From contig OZ360226.1 of the NCBI GenBank assembly GCA_977017645.1, positions 124,930,001-124,994,000 of the forward strand: a stretch of DNA of 64,000 nt, written 5' to 3'. Position numbers and translations under genes: made by a program. The notes below the pieces were generated by a model. The model worked only from the letters and a program-made list of their open reading frames with translations, ran no database searches and had not been told where the DNA came from. Below, one piece after another: positions 12,305 through 24,815 of the stretch. Position 1 is the stretch's first letter. Each line of letters opens with the position of its first letter. Source of the DNA: Torpedo marmorata. Taxonomy: Eukaryota.

Positions 12305-13808
12305 ATGGCTCTCGATCAACAGATCATGTTTATGGTAGCAGCAAGTATGTATAGCATTATTCGAACGAACCTTAATTTCATGCGTTTCATGCATGCCTTC
12401 ATGATGCAGAGATGGAGTCAAAACACGTGCGAGGAACAAATTCATGCGACACGAAGTGCATTGCAGGAGAATTTGAGGAGAGAAAGGGAGCAGGTGGATG
12501 AAGAAACGTGCGAGGGCCATAAACGCCGCCGACGGAGATGTTTCCTTATTGTGAGTCAATTCGCACTAATGTCACAGAGAACAACGTGGAGGAAGGAGAG
12601 AGATAGCATTCTGACATAATGTCCTAAACAATTTTGATGATGATGAGCGGAGGGCTCATTTCCGTATGTCTCGGGAGACCTTTGACTTTGTTTTGGGACT
12701 CATTGAGCCAGATCTCAGGCACAAGACAACCAACTGGCGACAAGTTCTGGATCCTCGGCTTAGACTCGCCATTGCTTTGTGGTGGTATGCGACGCCATGT
12801 GAATATCGATCCATAAGTTGTATTTTTGGTTTAAGTGTAGCCACTGTCTGTGTGTTGGTACACCAAGTAACTGGAGCACTTGGGAGGGCCCCATTGACAC
12901 ATTTTGTTCAACTGCCAAGTGGCGCTCGACTCCAGGAGACAATGGACGCATTTGCAGAACGGGGGTATCCAATGTGTGCTGGTGCCATTGATGGTACACA
13001 TATTCCCGTCAGAGCACCCAGTGATGACCTAGTTGCCTACTACAATAGGAAAGGATGGCACTTGATTGTTTTGCAGGCAGTTGCAGATCACAACTACTGG
13101 TAAGAATCATGTTTTGAGTTGCGCTTTATAAATATTTAGTGAACCATATGTCTTTCTAAACACAGATTTCTGGTTGTTCTAGCTTCATAGATGTGTATGC
13201 GGGATGGCCGGGGCGCACCCATGATGCTCGTGTTTTAGCCAACTCCCCCCTCTACATAAAGGCTGAGGAACAAGGAGGTTACCTTTACCCACGTGACGTA
13301 AGTTAATGTACCCCACTATCCTGTCATTTATATGTCATTCTCATAGGGTGCATAAGGCGCTGATACTTGTTCATTGTTATGCCAACAGAAATCTAAAATT
13401 GTTAATGGAGTGGAGATCCCTGTGCATCTCATCAGAGATCCAGCTTACCCACTTAGGAAGTGGTTGATGAAGGGGTTCACCAACCACAACGCACTCGATC
13501 AGCATTAGCGTAGCTACAACAAACATTTGAACTCTGCAAGGATTGTGGTAGAAAATGCATTTGGACGTCTGAAAGGTCGTTGGAGGAGCCTTGCCAAGCG
13601 AGTTGATATTTGTATCACTTTCGTACCAGATGTTGTTGTTGCCTGTTGTGTTCTGCACAATATATGTGAGATCAACAAGGAACACTTCTTGGACGAGTGG
13701 TACATCTAACAACATCATCTCCCTGATGCGCCTGAGCGTGTCCCCTATCCGGGAGGACCTCCATATAGTTCCCAAGAAATACGAGAGACAATCATGTCCA
13801 TTCTGTAA
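12305..13808 (+). pseudogene. Harbinger DDE transposase (HARBI1-like), 3 exons, disabled
   Basis: Exon 1 to 13099 (FRMSRETFD, LAIALWWYAT, GAIDGTHI, YYNRKGWH). GT-AG intron 13100-13182. Exon 13183-13297 (CFIDVYAGWPGRTHDARVL). Intron 13298-13388. Exon from 13389 (LIRDPAYPL...ARIVVENAFGRLKGRWR...CCVLHNIC). Contains stops and frameshifts; the start position is approximate. Confidence 0.93.
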
Positions 13809-13879
13809 GAACCTAATGTAGGTAACGACTGCCTGTAATGCCTGTATCACGCACACATGTAGAGAGGTTTTTTTTTTGT

Positions 13880-15973
13880 TTTTAAAAAAATATATATTTT
13901 ATTTAAAATTTTAAATCACACGATAATACATGTTTATAAAATACAAAATTATCAAAATACATGTGATATATTTTCACCCTCCCCTCCCTCCCTTCCCCCT
14001 CCCTAACCCACACCCCCCTCTACTCTACTAAAAAAGAAAGAAAAGAAAGAAAAATGAATAGAGTGTGGAGAATGTCATTCCAAAAGAAACAACTATAAAT
14101 TAATTTTATTGTGGAACACAGGTTCGCCAGTCAGACCCGATATCAAGAGATCTTCAAATCCTTAAACCCACAGTTTTTGTATATGGGCTCCATACCTTCA
14201 AAAAGAAATTATATTTGTTACGTAAATTATAGGTAATTTTTTCAAGTGGTATGCATGAACGATGTTCTGCATGCCATCTTTCTAACCCTAAATCTACATC
14301 AGATTTCCATGTAATAGCAATGCATTTCTTTGAAACAGCTAAAGCAATTCGCAAAAATTCTATTTGGTACATATTTAATCTCATTTTAATACTGATTCTT
14401 TTAATATCTCCAAACAAAAATATCATAGGATTCATTGGGAGTGTAATTCTTAATACTTTATCTAAAAACTTTTTAACTTCAACCAAAAATCATATATCTT
14501 TAGACAAAACCACGTAGAATGTACAAAAGAACCTTCCTCTTTATTACATCTAAAACATAAACCTGATAATGTCGGATTAAGTTTCTTTAGTTTCTTAGGA
14601 GTTAAATATAACTGATGCAAAAAGTTAAATTGCACTAACCTATATCTAACGTTAATAATCTTCGTCATACTTTGTTTACATATTTCTTTCCAATGTTCCT
14701 CATCTATTGTTACATCAGATCTAATTCCCATTTTAATCTTGATTTATGAATTCCTGGTTTAGGCATTTTTTTCTGTAACAATCTATACATTTGAGAAATA
14801 AATTTATTTATATCCCCCATTAATAATTAGTAACTCCAATTCACTTTGTCTTGGTAAGATTAAACTATGCCCTAACTTCTCAACCAAAAATGTTCTTATT
14901 TGATAATAAACAAAGAGTGTATTATTTAATACATTATACTTCTCTTTCATTCTTTGAAAAGTGATGAATTTGTCAGCTTCAAAACAGTCATTTACTTTTT
15001 TAATCCCTTTTTGAAACCAAATTTTGAACAATTGATTATCAATAGTAAATGGGTTAAGTTTATTTTGATATAAAGGCATTTTACAAGAAATTAATCCTTT
15101 CCCTCCTATCTCCTTATCCAGTTTATTCCATATTTCTAACAAATGCCTTAAAAATAGGGGAGTTTTTACCTCCTCTTAATAATAATTTAGAATCCCATTT
15201 ATAAATAACCTCTTCTTTCAAATCTTCTCCTATATTATTTAGTTCTATTCTAATCCAAGCAGAAGATTTTCCTAAATCAAACATTTCGTTAATAAATTTT
15301 AATTGAGCTGCTTTATAATAATTTTGAAAATTAGGAAGTTGTAAAACACCCATTTTGTAATCCCAGGTTAATTTCTCCATACCTACTCTACCCAACTTTC
15401 CTTTCCACAAAAAATTCCTAATAATTGAATTTAAATCCTTAAAAATCTTTTGAGGAATTTCATAAGGAATTGATTGAAAAAGATATTGAATTCTTGGAAA
15501 AACATTCATTTTGATACAATTTACCCTTCCCGTTAAAGTTATAGTAAATCTTTCCAATTCTCTAAATCTTTTTTAATATTAGTAAATAATGGTAAATAAT
15601 TTAATTTATATAAATTACCTAATTTTGTATCTATTTTTATTCCCAAATATTTAATTCCATTATTTGACCATTTAAATCGAGTAGTTTCTTTACATTTATT
15701 ATAATCACCTTGTGTCAATGCCATAATTTCACTTTTATCAGAATTAATCTTATAACCAGATATTTCCCCATATTCTCTCAATAAAACAGTCAGTTGCATT
15801 AAAGAATCAATAGGTTTTGTCATATAAATCAATACATCATCTGCAAACAAACTAATTTTATGTTCTTCTTTTCCAACTTTAATACCTACAATTTTAATAT
15901 CTTGTCTAATTAATTCTGCTAAAGGTTCTATTGCTAAAATAAACAATGCTGGCGACAAAGGACATCCTTGTCT
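13880..15973 (-). mobile_element. 5'-truncated L1 (AT-rich family) inside the Harbinger
   Basis: RQGCPLSPALFILAIEPLA, ISLFADDV, CFRC..EGSFVHSTWFC, CIPLEKITY, then a G-rich 3' UTR and an A-tail. Imperfect GAGG.TTTTT..GTT duplication at the ends. Confidence 0.92.
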
Positions 15974-16125
15974 GAGGATTTTTGTTAAAGTTAGATCTTG
16001 AACGGGGGGTCACGTGATGCGAAGATAGGGAGAAGACGCTGACCCAAGGGCTCCTGGAAAAAGCAAGATTTAAAGCCATTTAAAACATTCAACTTAATAT
16101 AAAACTTATAAATACCTTTCCCAAG

Positions 16126-17119
16126 ATGGGTAAGAAGATCAAGAACCCAATCGCTGAGGAGGAAGGGGCCTCCGGATCGCCGACATCAGCGGGCGATTCT
16201 CCTCGCGGGAGCGGCGGTTCTGGAACCTCTGGAGCCTCCGTCATAGCGCCGGTGCTGGAGTGGGTGAGTGGGGCCCCAGAACCCATGTCACAAGACATTC
16301 TGAACGCTGTGCAAGCTCTCGCAGGCAGAATCACGGGGCTAGAGGAAAGAATTTCTGGGCTCGACACCAAGTTTTCTGGGCAGGATGGCAAGTTTAAAGA
16401 GATCGCAGAGTGGATTAAAGAGCTCAAGAGCTCCTTTGGAGTTTTAACCTCCCGCGTGGGGGAGGTGGAATAAAAAATGGAGGGCATCCAAGAAAGGTTA
16501 GAGAAGCACGAAGACAGCGTGGACGCCTGGAAACTGGAGAGGGACGAGATCCTAAATAAAATTGACAGGCTGGAAAACTTCAGTAGGAAAAACAATATCA
16601 GAATAATTGGTCTGAAGGAGGGGCGAGAGGGCAAATATCCAGTGAAATTTTTTGAAGGGTGGATCCCAAAAATCCTGGGCAAAGAAAATAAAAAAAAAAA
16701 AACAAAAACTATCCATGGAAAGGGCCAGACTCAGGTCAACAACCAAGACCAGTCCTGGTGCGGTTGTTAAATCACCAGGACCGGGAGAGAATCCTACACG
16801 CGGCAGCCACACGTGCAAGAGAAAATGGCGGGCCCACTGATCCAGAGGGGGGAAGGTGTTTTTTTTTCCAGACCTGAGCGCGGCCTTGGTGAAGCGTCGG
16901 AAGGCATTTGACGCAGTAAAGCGGCAACTGAGAGCAAAGGAGATTCCATATGCGCTACTCCACCCTGCGACGCTGAGGCTCGACACACCAGAAGAAGGCA
17001 GAAAATTCTTCAAGTCGCCCCAGGAAGCTTCAGACTTTGTTCGAAATCTTCCGAGGAGATCCTTAGGCTTGGAGGAAAAAAACGAGGAGAGAAGAAAGAT
17101 ATTGATGGACGTTGGTTAA
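16126..17119 (+). pseudogene. L1 ORF1 (coiled coil, RRM, CTD)
   Basis: LENFSRKNNIRIIGLKEG, FFPDLSAALVKRRKAF, YALLHPATLR. In-frame stop at 16471 and a frameshift or deletion near the A-run at ~16690. Confidence 0.92.
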
Positions 17120-17530
17120 AGGGGATGGTTTGGTTTTTTGTAATAGTAACGTTATATTGAGTTGTGTTATATCGAGAAAATAGTGGCTTTTAAGGTAAAT
17201 AATATAAATAGGTAATGAGTCCGGGGGGAGTTAGGTGGTATAAAGTTAGATAGTTAGTTAGTTAATTAAATATGCTAAAAGAGGCATCAAGTGTACCTCG
17301 TCTTGAGGGGGTTGATGGCGCCAAAAGAGTAGGCGTTATTGTTGGTGCTGGAGTAAGGGAAAGGGATACTTTCTTAAAACCGCGGTCTTTTTTCGCGGGC
17401 TTTTGTTTTTTTTTAGCGTCATCGCCAGTACTGACGAGATATATATATTATTGTAAAAGGGATCAGTCACACCATAGAAAAAATATACAAAGGGGCTATG
17501 AAAATAGGATAAAACTGTGCATGTATCCAA

Positions 17531-20500
17531 ATGAATAAGACTTTAAGGTTTCTTAGCTTTAATGTTAATGGATTGAATGGACCCATAAAGAGGAAAAGAG
17601 TCTTGGCACACCTTAAAAAGCTACAGGCAGATATAGTTTTCTTACAGGAAACTCATCTTACAAAGCAAGAGCATGGCAAATTAAAAAAGAGGTTGGATGG
17701 GACAGGTAGCTGCATCTTCTTTTAACTCTAAAGCTAGGGGGGTAGCTATCTTAATAAATAAAAATGTTCCGGTGGTGGTTGGGGACACGGTTGTTGACTC
17801 GGCAGGAAGATATGTGATGGTACATTGTCAGATCTACTCAGAACCCTGGACACACTTGAATCTCTCTGCACCAAATTTTGATGATGAGTCATTTATGCAG
17901 GATATTTTTTTGAAAGTGGCAGAAGAACGGCAGAATATTTTGATTGGTGGGGTTTTCAACTTTTGTTTGGATCCCATTCTGGACAAATCAGCAAGGACAG
18001 TTAGGAAAGCCAGGGCGGCTAAAACCACCTTGGCTTTCATGAAAGATTTAAATCTAATAGATGCATGGAGACAGTTACACCCTAAAGCTAGAGACTACTC
18101 CTTTTACTCAAAGCCCCATGATTCTTATACCAGAATTGATTATTTCCTGATGTCGGCACAACTAGAAGGCAGAGTGATTGAATTGGAATATCAAGCCAGA
18201 CTTTTATCGGACCACGCGACCTTGATTTTGTATATGGTAATTCCAGATAAACAAGCTAATGCGTACAGATGGCGCCTTAATTCTACGCTGTTGAAAAGAC
18301 CAGATTTCTGTAGTTTTATAAGGGGTCAGATAAGTTTGTTTTGCGAAACAAACTGCCCCTCTACTAATAATAGTTTTCTAATATGGGACACATTGAAGGG
18401 GGCAAATAATTTCATACACAAAAAATGTCAAGAAAAAATATATGGCGGAAATAAACAATTTGGAGGGGGAGATTTTAAAATTGGAAAAGGAATACCAACA
18501 GTCGGGATCAAAAGAAAAATATCAAACTTTGGTAAATAAGAAACTTAAATATAATACTTTACAAACATACAAAATGGAGAAGGACATTTTAAGATCTAAG
18601 CAGAAATACTATGAATTAGGGGAAAGAGCACATAAGGTTTTGTTTTGGCAATTGAGGACAGAGGAGACTTCGAGGACAATTAATGCAGTTCAGTCAGGAC
18701 CGGATAAGATATCGTACAATCCAAAAGAGATCAATTACACTTTTAAACAGTTTTATGCAAAATTGTATGCGTCAGAGTCGCCAAGTGACTCAACTAAAAT
18801 AGATGAGTTCCTGTCCATGATTGAATTGCCAAAGTTGGACCAGGAGGATCAGATGGAATTGGGTGTCCCATTCTCCGAAGAGGAGATTGAAGAAGCCTTG
18901 GGTTCTCTATGGGCGAATAAATTGCCTGGAGAAGATGGTTTCCTGCCTGAGTTCTACAGAGAGTTTAAGGATCTTTTAATGCCCCTTATTATGAATGTAG
19001 TTAACCAGGCGACGGAAACACAGACTCTTCCGGAATCCTTTTCAACAGCTATTATTACGGTTATACCAAAGAAAAATAGAGACCCATTAAAACCTTCTTC
19101 ATGCAGGCCCATTTCATTATTAAATGTGGACTACAAAATAATAGCCAAGGCATTGGCTAATAGATTGGGTCAATATTTAGCAAAATTGATAAATTCGGAT
19201 CGTCGGCTTTATTAAGAAGAGACACTCGGCCAACAATTTGGGCAGACTATTGAGTATTATACATTCGGCACAATCAAAGGCAGACCCAAGTATAGCCGTG
19301 TCTTTGGATGCATAAAAAAGCTTTCGATAGGCTGGAATGGCCTTTCTTATTCAAGGTACTGGAGAAATTTGGATTGGGAGAATCATTTATTAATTGGGTA
19401 AGAACGCTCTATTACAAACCTCGGGCCAAGATCATTACAAATGGCCAGATATCGTCAACATTCCCCTTAAGTAGGTCTAGCAGACAGGGTTGTCCACTGT
19501 CTCCAGGTCTTTTTATCTTGGCAATTGAGCCACTGTCAGAATCTATTAGGCGGGACCCAGACATAAAAGGATTCAGGGTGGACCAGGTGGAACATAAAAT
19601 TAATTTATTTGCAGATGATGTGCTGTTGTATTTGACAGACCCTGCTGAGTCCTTGGCCAGGTTGTAGACCACACTGGAATATTACGGAATGATTTCGGGT
19701 TACAAAATCAATTTAGAAAAATGTGAGATCATGCCGTTGACAAAATTTGATTACGGGGAATATTAACAAAAGAGTCACTTTAAGTGGCAACCAAAGGGTA
19801 TTAAATATTTGGGAATAATGATTGACAATGATTTGCAAAATTTGTATAGACTTAACTATCTCCCTATGCTTGGAAAGATCGAAGACGATTTACTTAGGTG
19901 GAGGGACCTGCCCATTACTCTAGTGGGCAGGGTGAACTGCATTAAAATGAAGGTGATGCCGAGACTGCAATACCTCTTTCAGTCCTTGCCAATCCCATTG
20001 CCGCAGGTCTTTTTAAAAACACTTAACGGACATGTAAGGCAATTTATCTGAAGTGGTAAATTCTCCAGAGTTTCCATGGAGAAGCTGACATGGGATTACA
20101 ATTTGGGGGGTTTGCGATTACCAGTTTTTAAGAAATATTATTTAGCAGCTCAGTCGAGGTTTCTTTCATCCTTTTTCGAGGGGGACGATCCCCCCTCGTG
20201 GGTCCAAATTGGACTACACACCATAGGAGAGAAAATAGCGAAGGATTTTATCTACAAATGGAACACCAAATTAATATCTAGGCGAACGGACAATCCCATT
20301 CTAAAACATATGATTAAGATTTGGCAGGAAATCATTGAATGTACTGGAGGTAAGGTGGAAATATCACCAAAGGCACCTTTTATCCAAAACGAAACTATAC
20401 CCATGGCTTTGGGTAACAAAATTTTAAACATTTGGCACGAGAAGGGACTCCGATATATTGAAGACTGTTACGAGAAAGGACAACTTATGTCTTTTGAGCA

Positions 20501-21293
20501 ATTGAAGAGTAAATATGATTTGTCTAATGGAACCTTCTACTGTTTTCTTCAACTAAGGTCCTTCTTGAGGGATAGATGGGGTCCTACAATGATTCCACCT
20601 AGGTGTAATGAAATGGAAAAGTTGCTTCGATTGGGAAATGCACCTAAATTCATATCCAGAATGTATTTCGTACTCCAAAGCGAAAGCCCTAAGCCAGGCC
20701 TACAAAGATCGAGAGAGAGATGGGAGTTGGACTTGGGAACAACAATTCACGAACGATGCTGGTCAGACTGGTGTTTAGATAGCATGACAGCAGTCATGAA
20801 TGCCAGATATAGACTGGTTCAATATAATTTCCTACACCAATTGTATCTCACACCACAAAAACTACACAAGTCAAAACCAGAGATATTAGAAATGTGTTTC
20901 AGGTGTGGGATAGAAATTGGATCCTTTTTACACTCCACCTGGTCATGTGCAAAGGTAAGGCCCTTTTGGCATGATTTAGCTAACGTACTAACTAGGATTA
21001 CAGGAGTAGCCTTCCCACTAGACCCGGAGTTGTATCTTTTAGGAAACCTCATGGACATAAGCAACAGATTATCTAAATTCCAAATTCAATTTGTAAAAGT
21101 TGCTCTGTCCGTAGCAAAAAAATGCATTGCAGTTACTTGGAAGTCCGTCTCCCCCCTTCTCATCACTCGATGGTCTACAGAAATGTACAGCTGTATCCCC
21201 ATGGAAAAAATTACATATAGTCTTAGAAATAAGTATGATAAATTTGTTAAAGTGTGGCAACTGTACTTGGAGCACATTGGTGCTCAGTTGTAA
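17531..21293 (+). pseudogene. L1 ORF2 (endonuclease, RT, cysteine-rich C-terminus)
   Basis: SFNVNGL..PIKRK, LQETH, YTRIDYF, LSDHA, RPISLLNVDYKI, KAFDRLEW, RQGCPLSP, LFADD, CFRC..HSTWSC. Several frameshifts and stops. Confidence 0.95.
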
Positions 21294-21596
21294 TCAAACC
21301 CCTGAGGTATGGTATACTGTAATGTATAATTATTTTAAGGGTGTGGCATCCCCAAATACTTGGACAAAAGTTGTAAGCGCTGACGGTACGTTTAGTTTTC
21401 TTTTCTTTTTCTTTCTCTTCTGTTTTGGTTTTATTTTTTTCGGGTGGGCGAGGGAGGGTTAAGGGGCGTAATGTATCCTGTACTTGATACGTTTGAAATT
21501 TATGTATATTCGTGATTGTTAATTAATGTTTTGTGAAAATTTTGAAAATGAAAAATAAAATATTTTAAAAAAAAGTTAGATCTCGAACTTAAGCGT

Positions 21597-21805
21597 TTTC
21601 ATGACTGTATGCAGTAGATGTACCTGGTGCACTTGTGGAAGAATAGTTGGAACACCTGCATCTTGTACTCTTGTTTTTCTGTATGCACTTAAACTTTTGC
21701 ATGACTGCTTTAAGTAGATGTCCCCTGTACACGTATAAATAATAGTTGGAACACTTGCATCCTGTACGCTTGGCTTTCTGTAAGAACGTGACCTGCTGCA
21801 TGACT
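21597..21805 (+). repeat. Imperfect ~110-bp tandem duplication in the Harbinger intergenic 3' region
   Basis: CATGACTG..TAGATGT..AATAGTTGGAACAC.TGCATC.TGTAC occurs twice, followed by a partial third CATGACTG. Confidence 0.7.
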
Positions 21806-22110
21806 GATTTCGGTAGATTAAAATGGTACACTTGTAATACAGTAGATTTACAGGAGACCTGTGAATTTCAATAAAAACGTTTATTGCGAACGCATTAAAC
21901 GAGTTACATATGTGCAAATAGCGACGCTCACCTCGACAGAATGTACTGCATTCAGACTGTGCAAATATCGAATCGTAATGCAACTGCATTTGAAGCTTTA
22001 AGACTGTGTGATTATTGTGCAAATCTCGCAAATGCTCAAATTTCGGCCCTTCACTCAACTGCAGTCACCACGATACTAATGTGCAATTAGAACACTCATA
22101 CATGCCCACT

Positions 22111-23200
22111 TTAACACATCACATTACTGAGAATGGGGGGGAAGGATGAGGGGACGGATGGTTGAAAAGATTCATATGCCTGGCTCTGGGGTTGTTGAGG
22201 GTTGTACTGCCGGACAGGAGTCTGTGGCAGGGGTACGGGAGGTTGCTGCATACGAGGCGAGAATGCAAACATATTCATCATGTCCCTCATGATGGCGCTT
22301 TGGTTTTGCATTTCCCTTTCGAATCTTTCAAACATTTTCCCAAACCCCCCCCATCTCCTCCGCACGATTATGTCTGTCCGCCTCATGGGCGGACACCTCG
22401 GTCTCCTCAGCCTGTGCCCTCATTCTCTCCTCACGATCCGTGTGGAGCTCATGGCGCTTCTGCTCCCTCTCCACATCATCACGGTCCCGTGCTTGAAGCA
22501 TCTCCTGGCACATCACCTTGGCCTTCGTCAGTCTTGCCCTCTTCCTAGGCCGCTGCAACCCTAGGTAGCATTGGAACGCATGGTACATTAGTAAGACAGC
22601 TCCTCATGGGCAGACACACATACAAAGGAACACATGCTACCTCAGTACAACAGCTCCTCATGGGCACACACATATACCATGGTACATAGCACATGATGAA
22701 GTGCGTTGATCACGAGAAGAAATAAGGTTTTACCTGGTTGCTCCTGAGGCGAAGGAGCTGCATTGCTCACTTCGGTTTCCGTGCCACTCATTTGATTGGC
22801 ATCAGGTATGCAGCCTGTGGAGGTTGAAGGTTCAGTACCCTCTTTGGCTCCTCAACGTTGCTCCTTAATGCCTTCGGTCGCGCAGAGTGGCTAGCGCCCC
22901 AGATGTCATGACAGAGATCGAAATAGGGCTAATCCAAACGCTCCCTACCACTCTGGCTGTTGAGGTCATTCACCTGGTGAAACTTCTTGCGCAAACATTT
23001 CAGCTTGCTTATCACCTGGGCCTTATCACGAGTATACCCCTTTTCCTTCAGTTTTAATACTACCCGTTCTAATGTTGGCGCATCCTTAGACGTACCACTT
23101 AGGAAGCGGTTGATTTCATCCTCAGCTGAGGAGCTCGCGGATCTCCACATCACTCCAATGATTCGACACCGACATTGTGGTTGTCTGCTGCTGGTAGTGT
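22111..23200 (-). pseudogene. Harbinger Myb/SANT (trihelix-like) DNA-binding protein, 2 exons, disabled
   Basis: Exon 1 (~23200-22734) reads LKEKGYTRDKAQVISKLKCLRKKF...PYFDLCHDIWG. GT-AG intron 22733-22561. Exon 2 reads GLQRPRKRAR (NLS-like), then an E/R-rich coiled coil and a P/Q-rich tail. Confidence 0.85.
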
Positions 23201-23483
23201 AATGTCTCCTTGCTGCACATTTAAAAATCCCGCGTTGCAGTGTCGCAAGCTGAACACGTCATCGCGCGTCATCATGTACGTCGTATTCATTAGCCCATTG
23301 TTGCGGACCGCCTGCAGTTCAGTTTAGACTGCAGGCAGTCCGCAATTATGTCGAGGGCTACTGCAGGAAAAATTTCGGAATGGGAATGAGTCACTCATTT
23401 CCGTTGCGAACTTTTTACACAGCCTGCTTTGCGGGAATTTTGCGATATTTTCCCGTTATGCAGCGGCTGTGTAAAACCCATAA

Positions 23484-24005
23484 GTGATGCATCCTGATAG
23501 GATACTCTTGATGACAGGCTCCAGAGGAAGTCAAGACATTGGTACATCTTTCTGGCCTTCACTTTGATGTGGTCGGTTCAGGGCAGGTCATTGGTGATAT
23601 TTGCTCTGAGGAACTTAAATCTGCCTTTTATCTCCACCTCAGCACCATTGATGTGCACATGGAAGTGAGCTCCACTCCTCCTCTTCCTGAAGTCTTCGGC
23701 TAGCTCCTTAGTCTTACTGGCATTGACAGAGAGGTTGTGGTTTTGACACCAAGCCACTATCTCTTTTCTGTATCCTTCTAGTAGTTTGTGATCTGGTTGA
23801 CAATGGTGGTCTCATCTGCGATAGAGTTGGAGTGGTGTTTGGCTTTGAAGTTGTTGGTATACATGGAATGTAATAAGAGGCTGAGTTGGCAGCTTTTTGG
23901 GGCACTGGTGCTGAAGTTGATTATGGAAGAGGTGCTCTGCTTGCTGTCTGCCAGACAGGAAGTCAAGGATTCAATTGCAAAGGTTCCAGTGTTTGGGATT
24001 AGGGT
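23484..24005 (-). mobile_element. Rex/Babar-type LINE, continuation of 11586-12038
   Basis: The minus strand gives degraded ADETTIVNQITN and related RT C-terminal motifs. Confidence 0.7.
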
Positions 24006-24218
24006 GACTGGCAAAATCCAAACTGGGCATCAGTAAGCAGGTTACTGAAGAGTAAGTACTGCTTGATAACACTGTCAATATAATCTTCCATCACTTTGTT
24101 GTTTACTGAGTGTGGTCCTGATAAGGCTGTAATTAGCTGCATTGCATTTGTCCTGTTTTTTTGTGAACAGCACATACTTGGGCAATTTTCCACTTGCTGA
24201 TATTGTAACAGAATAGGA

Positions 24219-24448
24219 AACACAAAAGCTGGAGAACTCAGCAGGTCAAACAGTGTCTTTTATGTAGCAAAGGAAGAAATACATAACCAACGACGTTTCT
24301 GGCTTGAGCCCTTGGGCTCAAGCCCGAAACGTCGTTGGTTATGTATTTCTTCCTTTGCTACATAAAAGACACTGTTTGACCTGCTGAGTTCTCCAGCTTT
24401 TGTGTTTTTTACTCTAACCACGGTGTCTACAGATTTTCGTGTTTACTT
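24219..24448. mobile_element. Penelope-like terminal fragment with inverted duplication (~190-bp hairpin)
   Basis: Arms ~24218-24311 and 24314-24407 are reverse complements with one mismatch. 16-bp TSD TTGTAACAGAATAGGA at 24203-24218 and 24449-24464. Confidence 0.88.
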
Positions 24449-24815
24449 TTGTAACAGAATAGGAGTAGCTTGGCTCGAGCCATATTTTGTTTATACTCGA
24501 GAGCGAGTCTTTAGTACTATGGCTGAGTTTTTGCCTTATCCCTAACCTTTTCTCAGTCCAGTATGGTCAACAGTTTCTTAATATCACATGGACTGAATCG
24601 AATTGTCTGAGGACTGGCTTCTCTAATGGTGGAGATCTCAGGAGGAAGCTGAGGTGGATCATCTATTCAGCTCTTTTGGCTGTACGTGGTCGCAAACACT
24701 TTAGTCTTTTCTTCAGCACTCATATACTGGGTCCCCCAATCACTGAAGACGATGTTCCTGAGCCTCTTCCTCATCTTAGCACTTTAATCAACTATAATCT
24801 AAAATGTGGAATATT

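Larger units (their letters stand above)
16004..21571 (+). mobile_element. Full-length L1 (~5.57 kb) inside the Harbinger, ORFs disrupted
   Basis: Starts GGGGGGTCACGTGATGCGAAGAT. Contains ORF1, a spacer, ORF2, AATAAA and poly-A. 17-bp TSD AAAGTTAGATCT(T/C)GAAC at 15987-16003 and 21572-21588. Confidence 0.95.
12039..23480. mobile_element. PIF/Harbinger transposon with two convergent genes, expanded by two L1 insertions
   Basis: 13-bp TIRs with one mismatch: TGGTTTTTACACA (12039) and TGTGTAAAACCCA (23468-23480). 3-bp TTA/TAA TSD. Contains a HARBI1-like transposase and a Myb/SANT gene. Confidence 0.92.

Noticed and set aside
12305-13808. Domesticated host gene HARBI1
   Set aside because: It has stops and frameshifts and lies within TIRs and a TSD alongside a Myb partner, so it is a transposon copy.
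13880-21571. Twin-primed (5'-inverted) single L1
   Set aside because: The two L1s overlap in ORF2 coverage, differ in sequence, and each has its own poly-A tail and flanking duplication.
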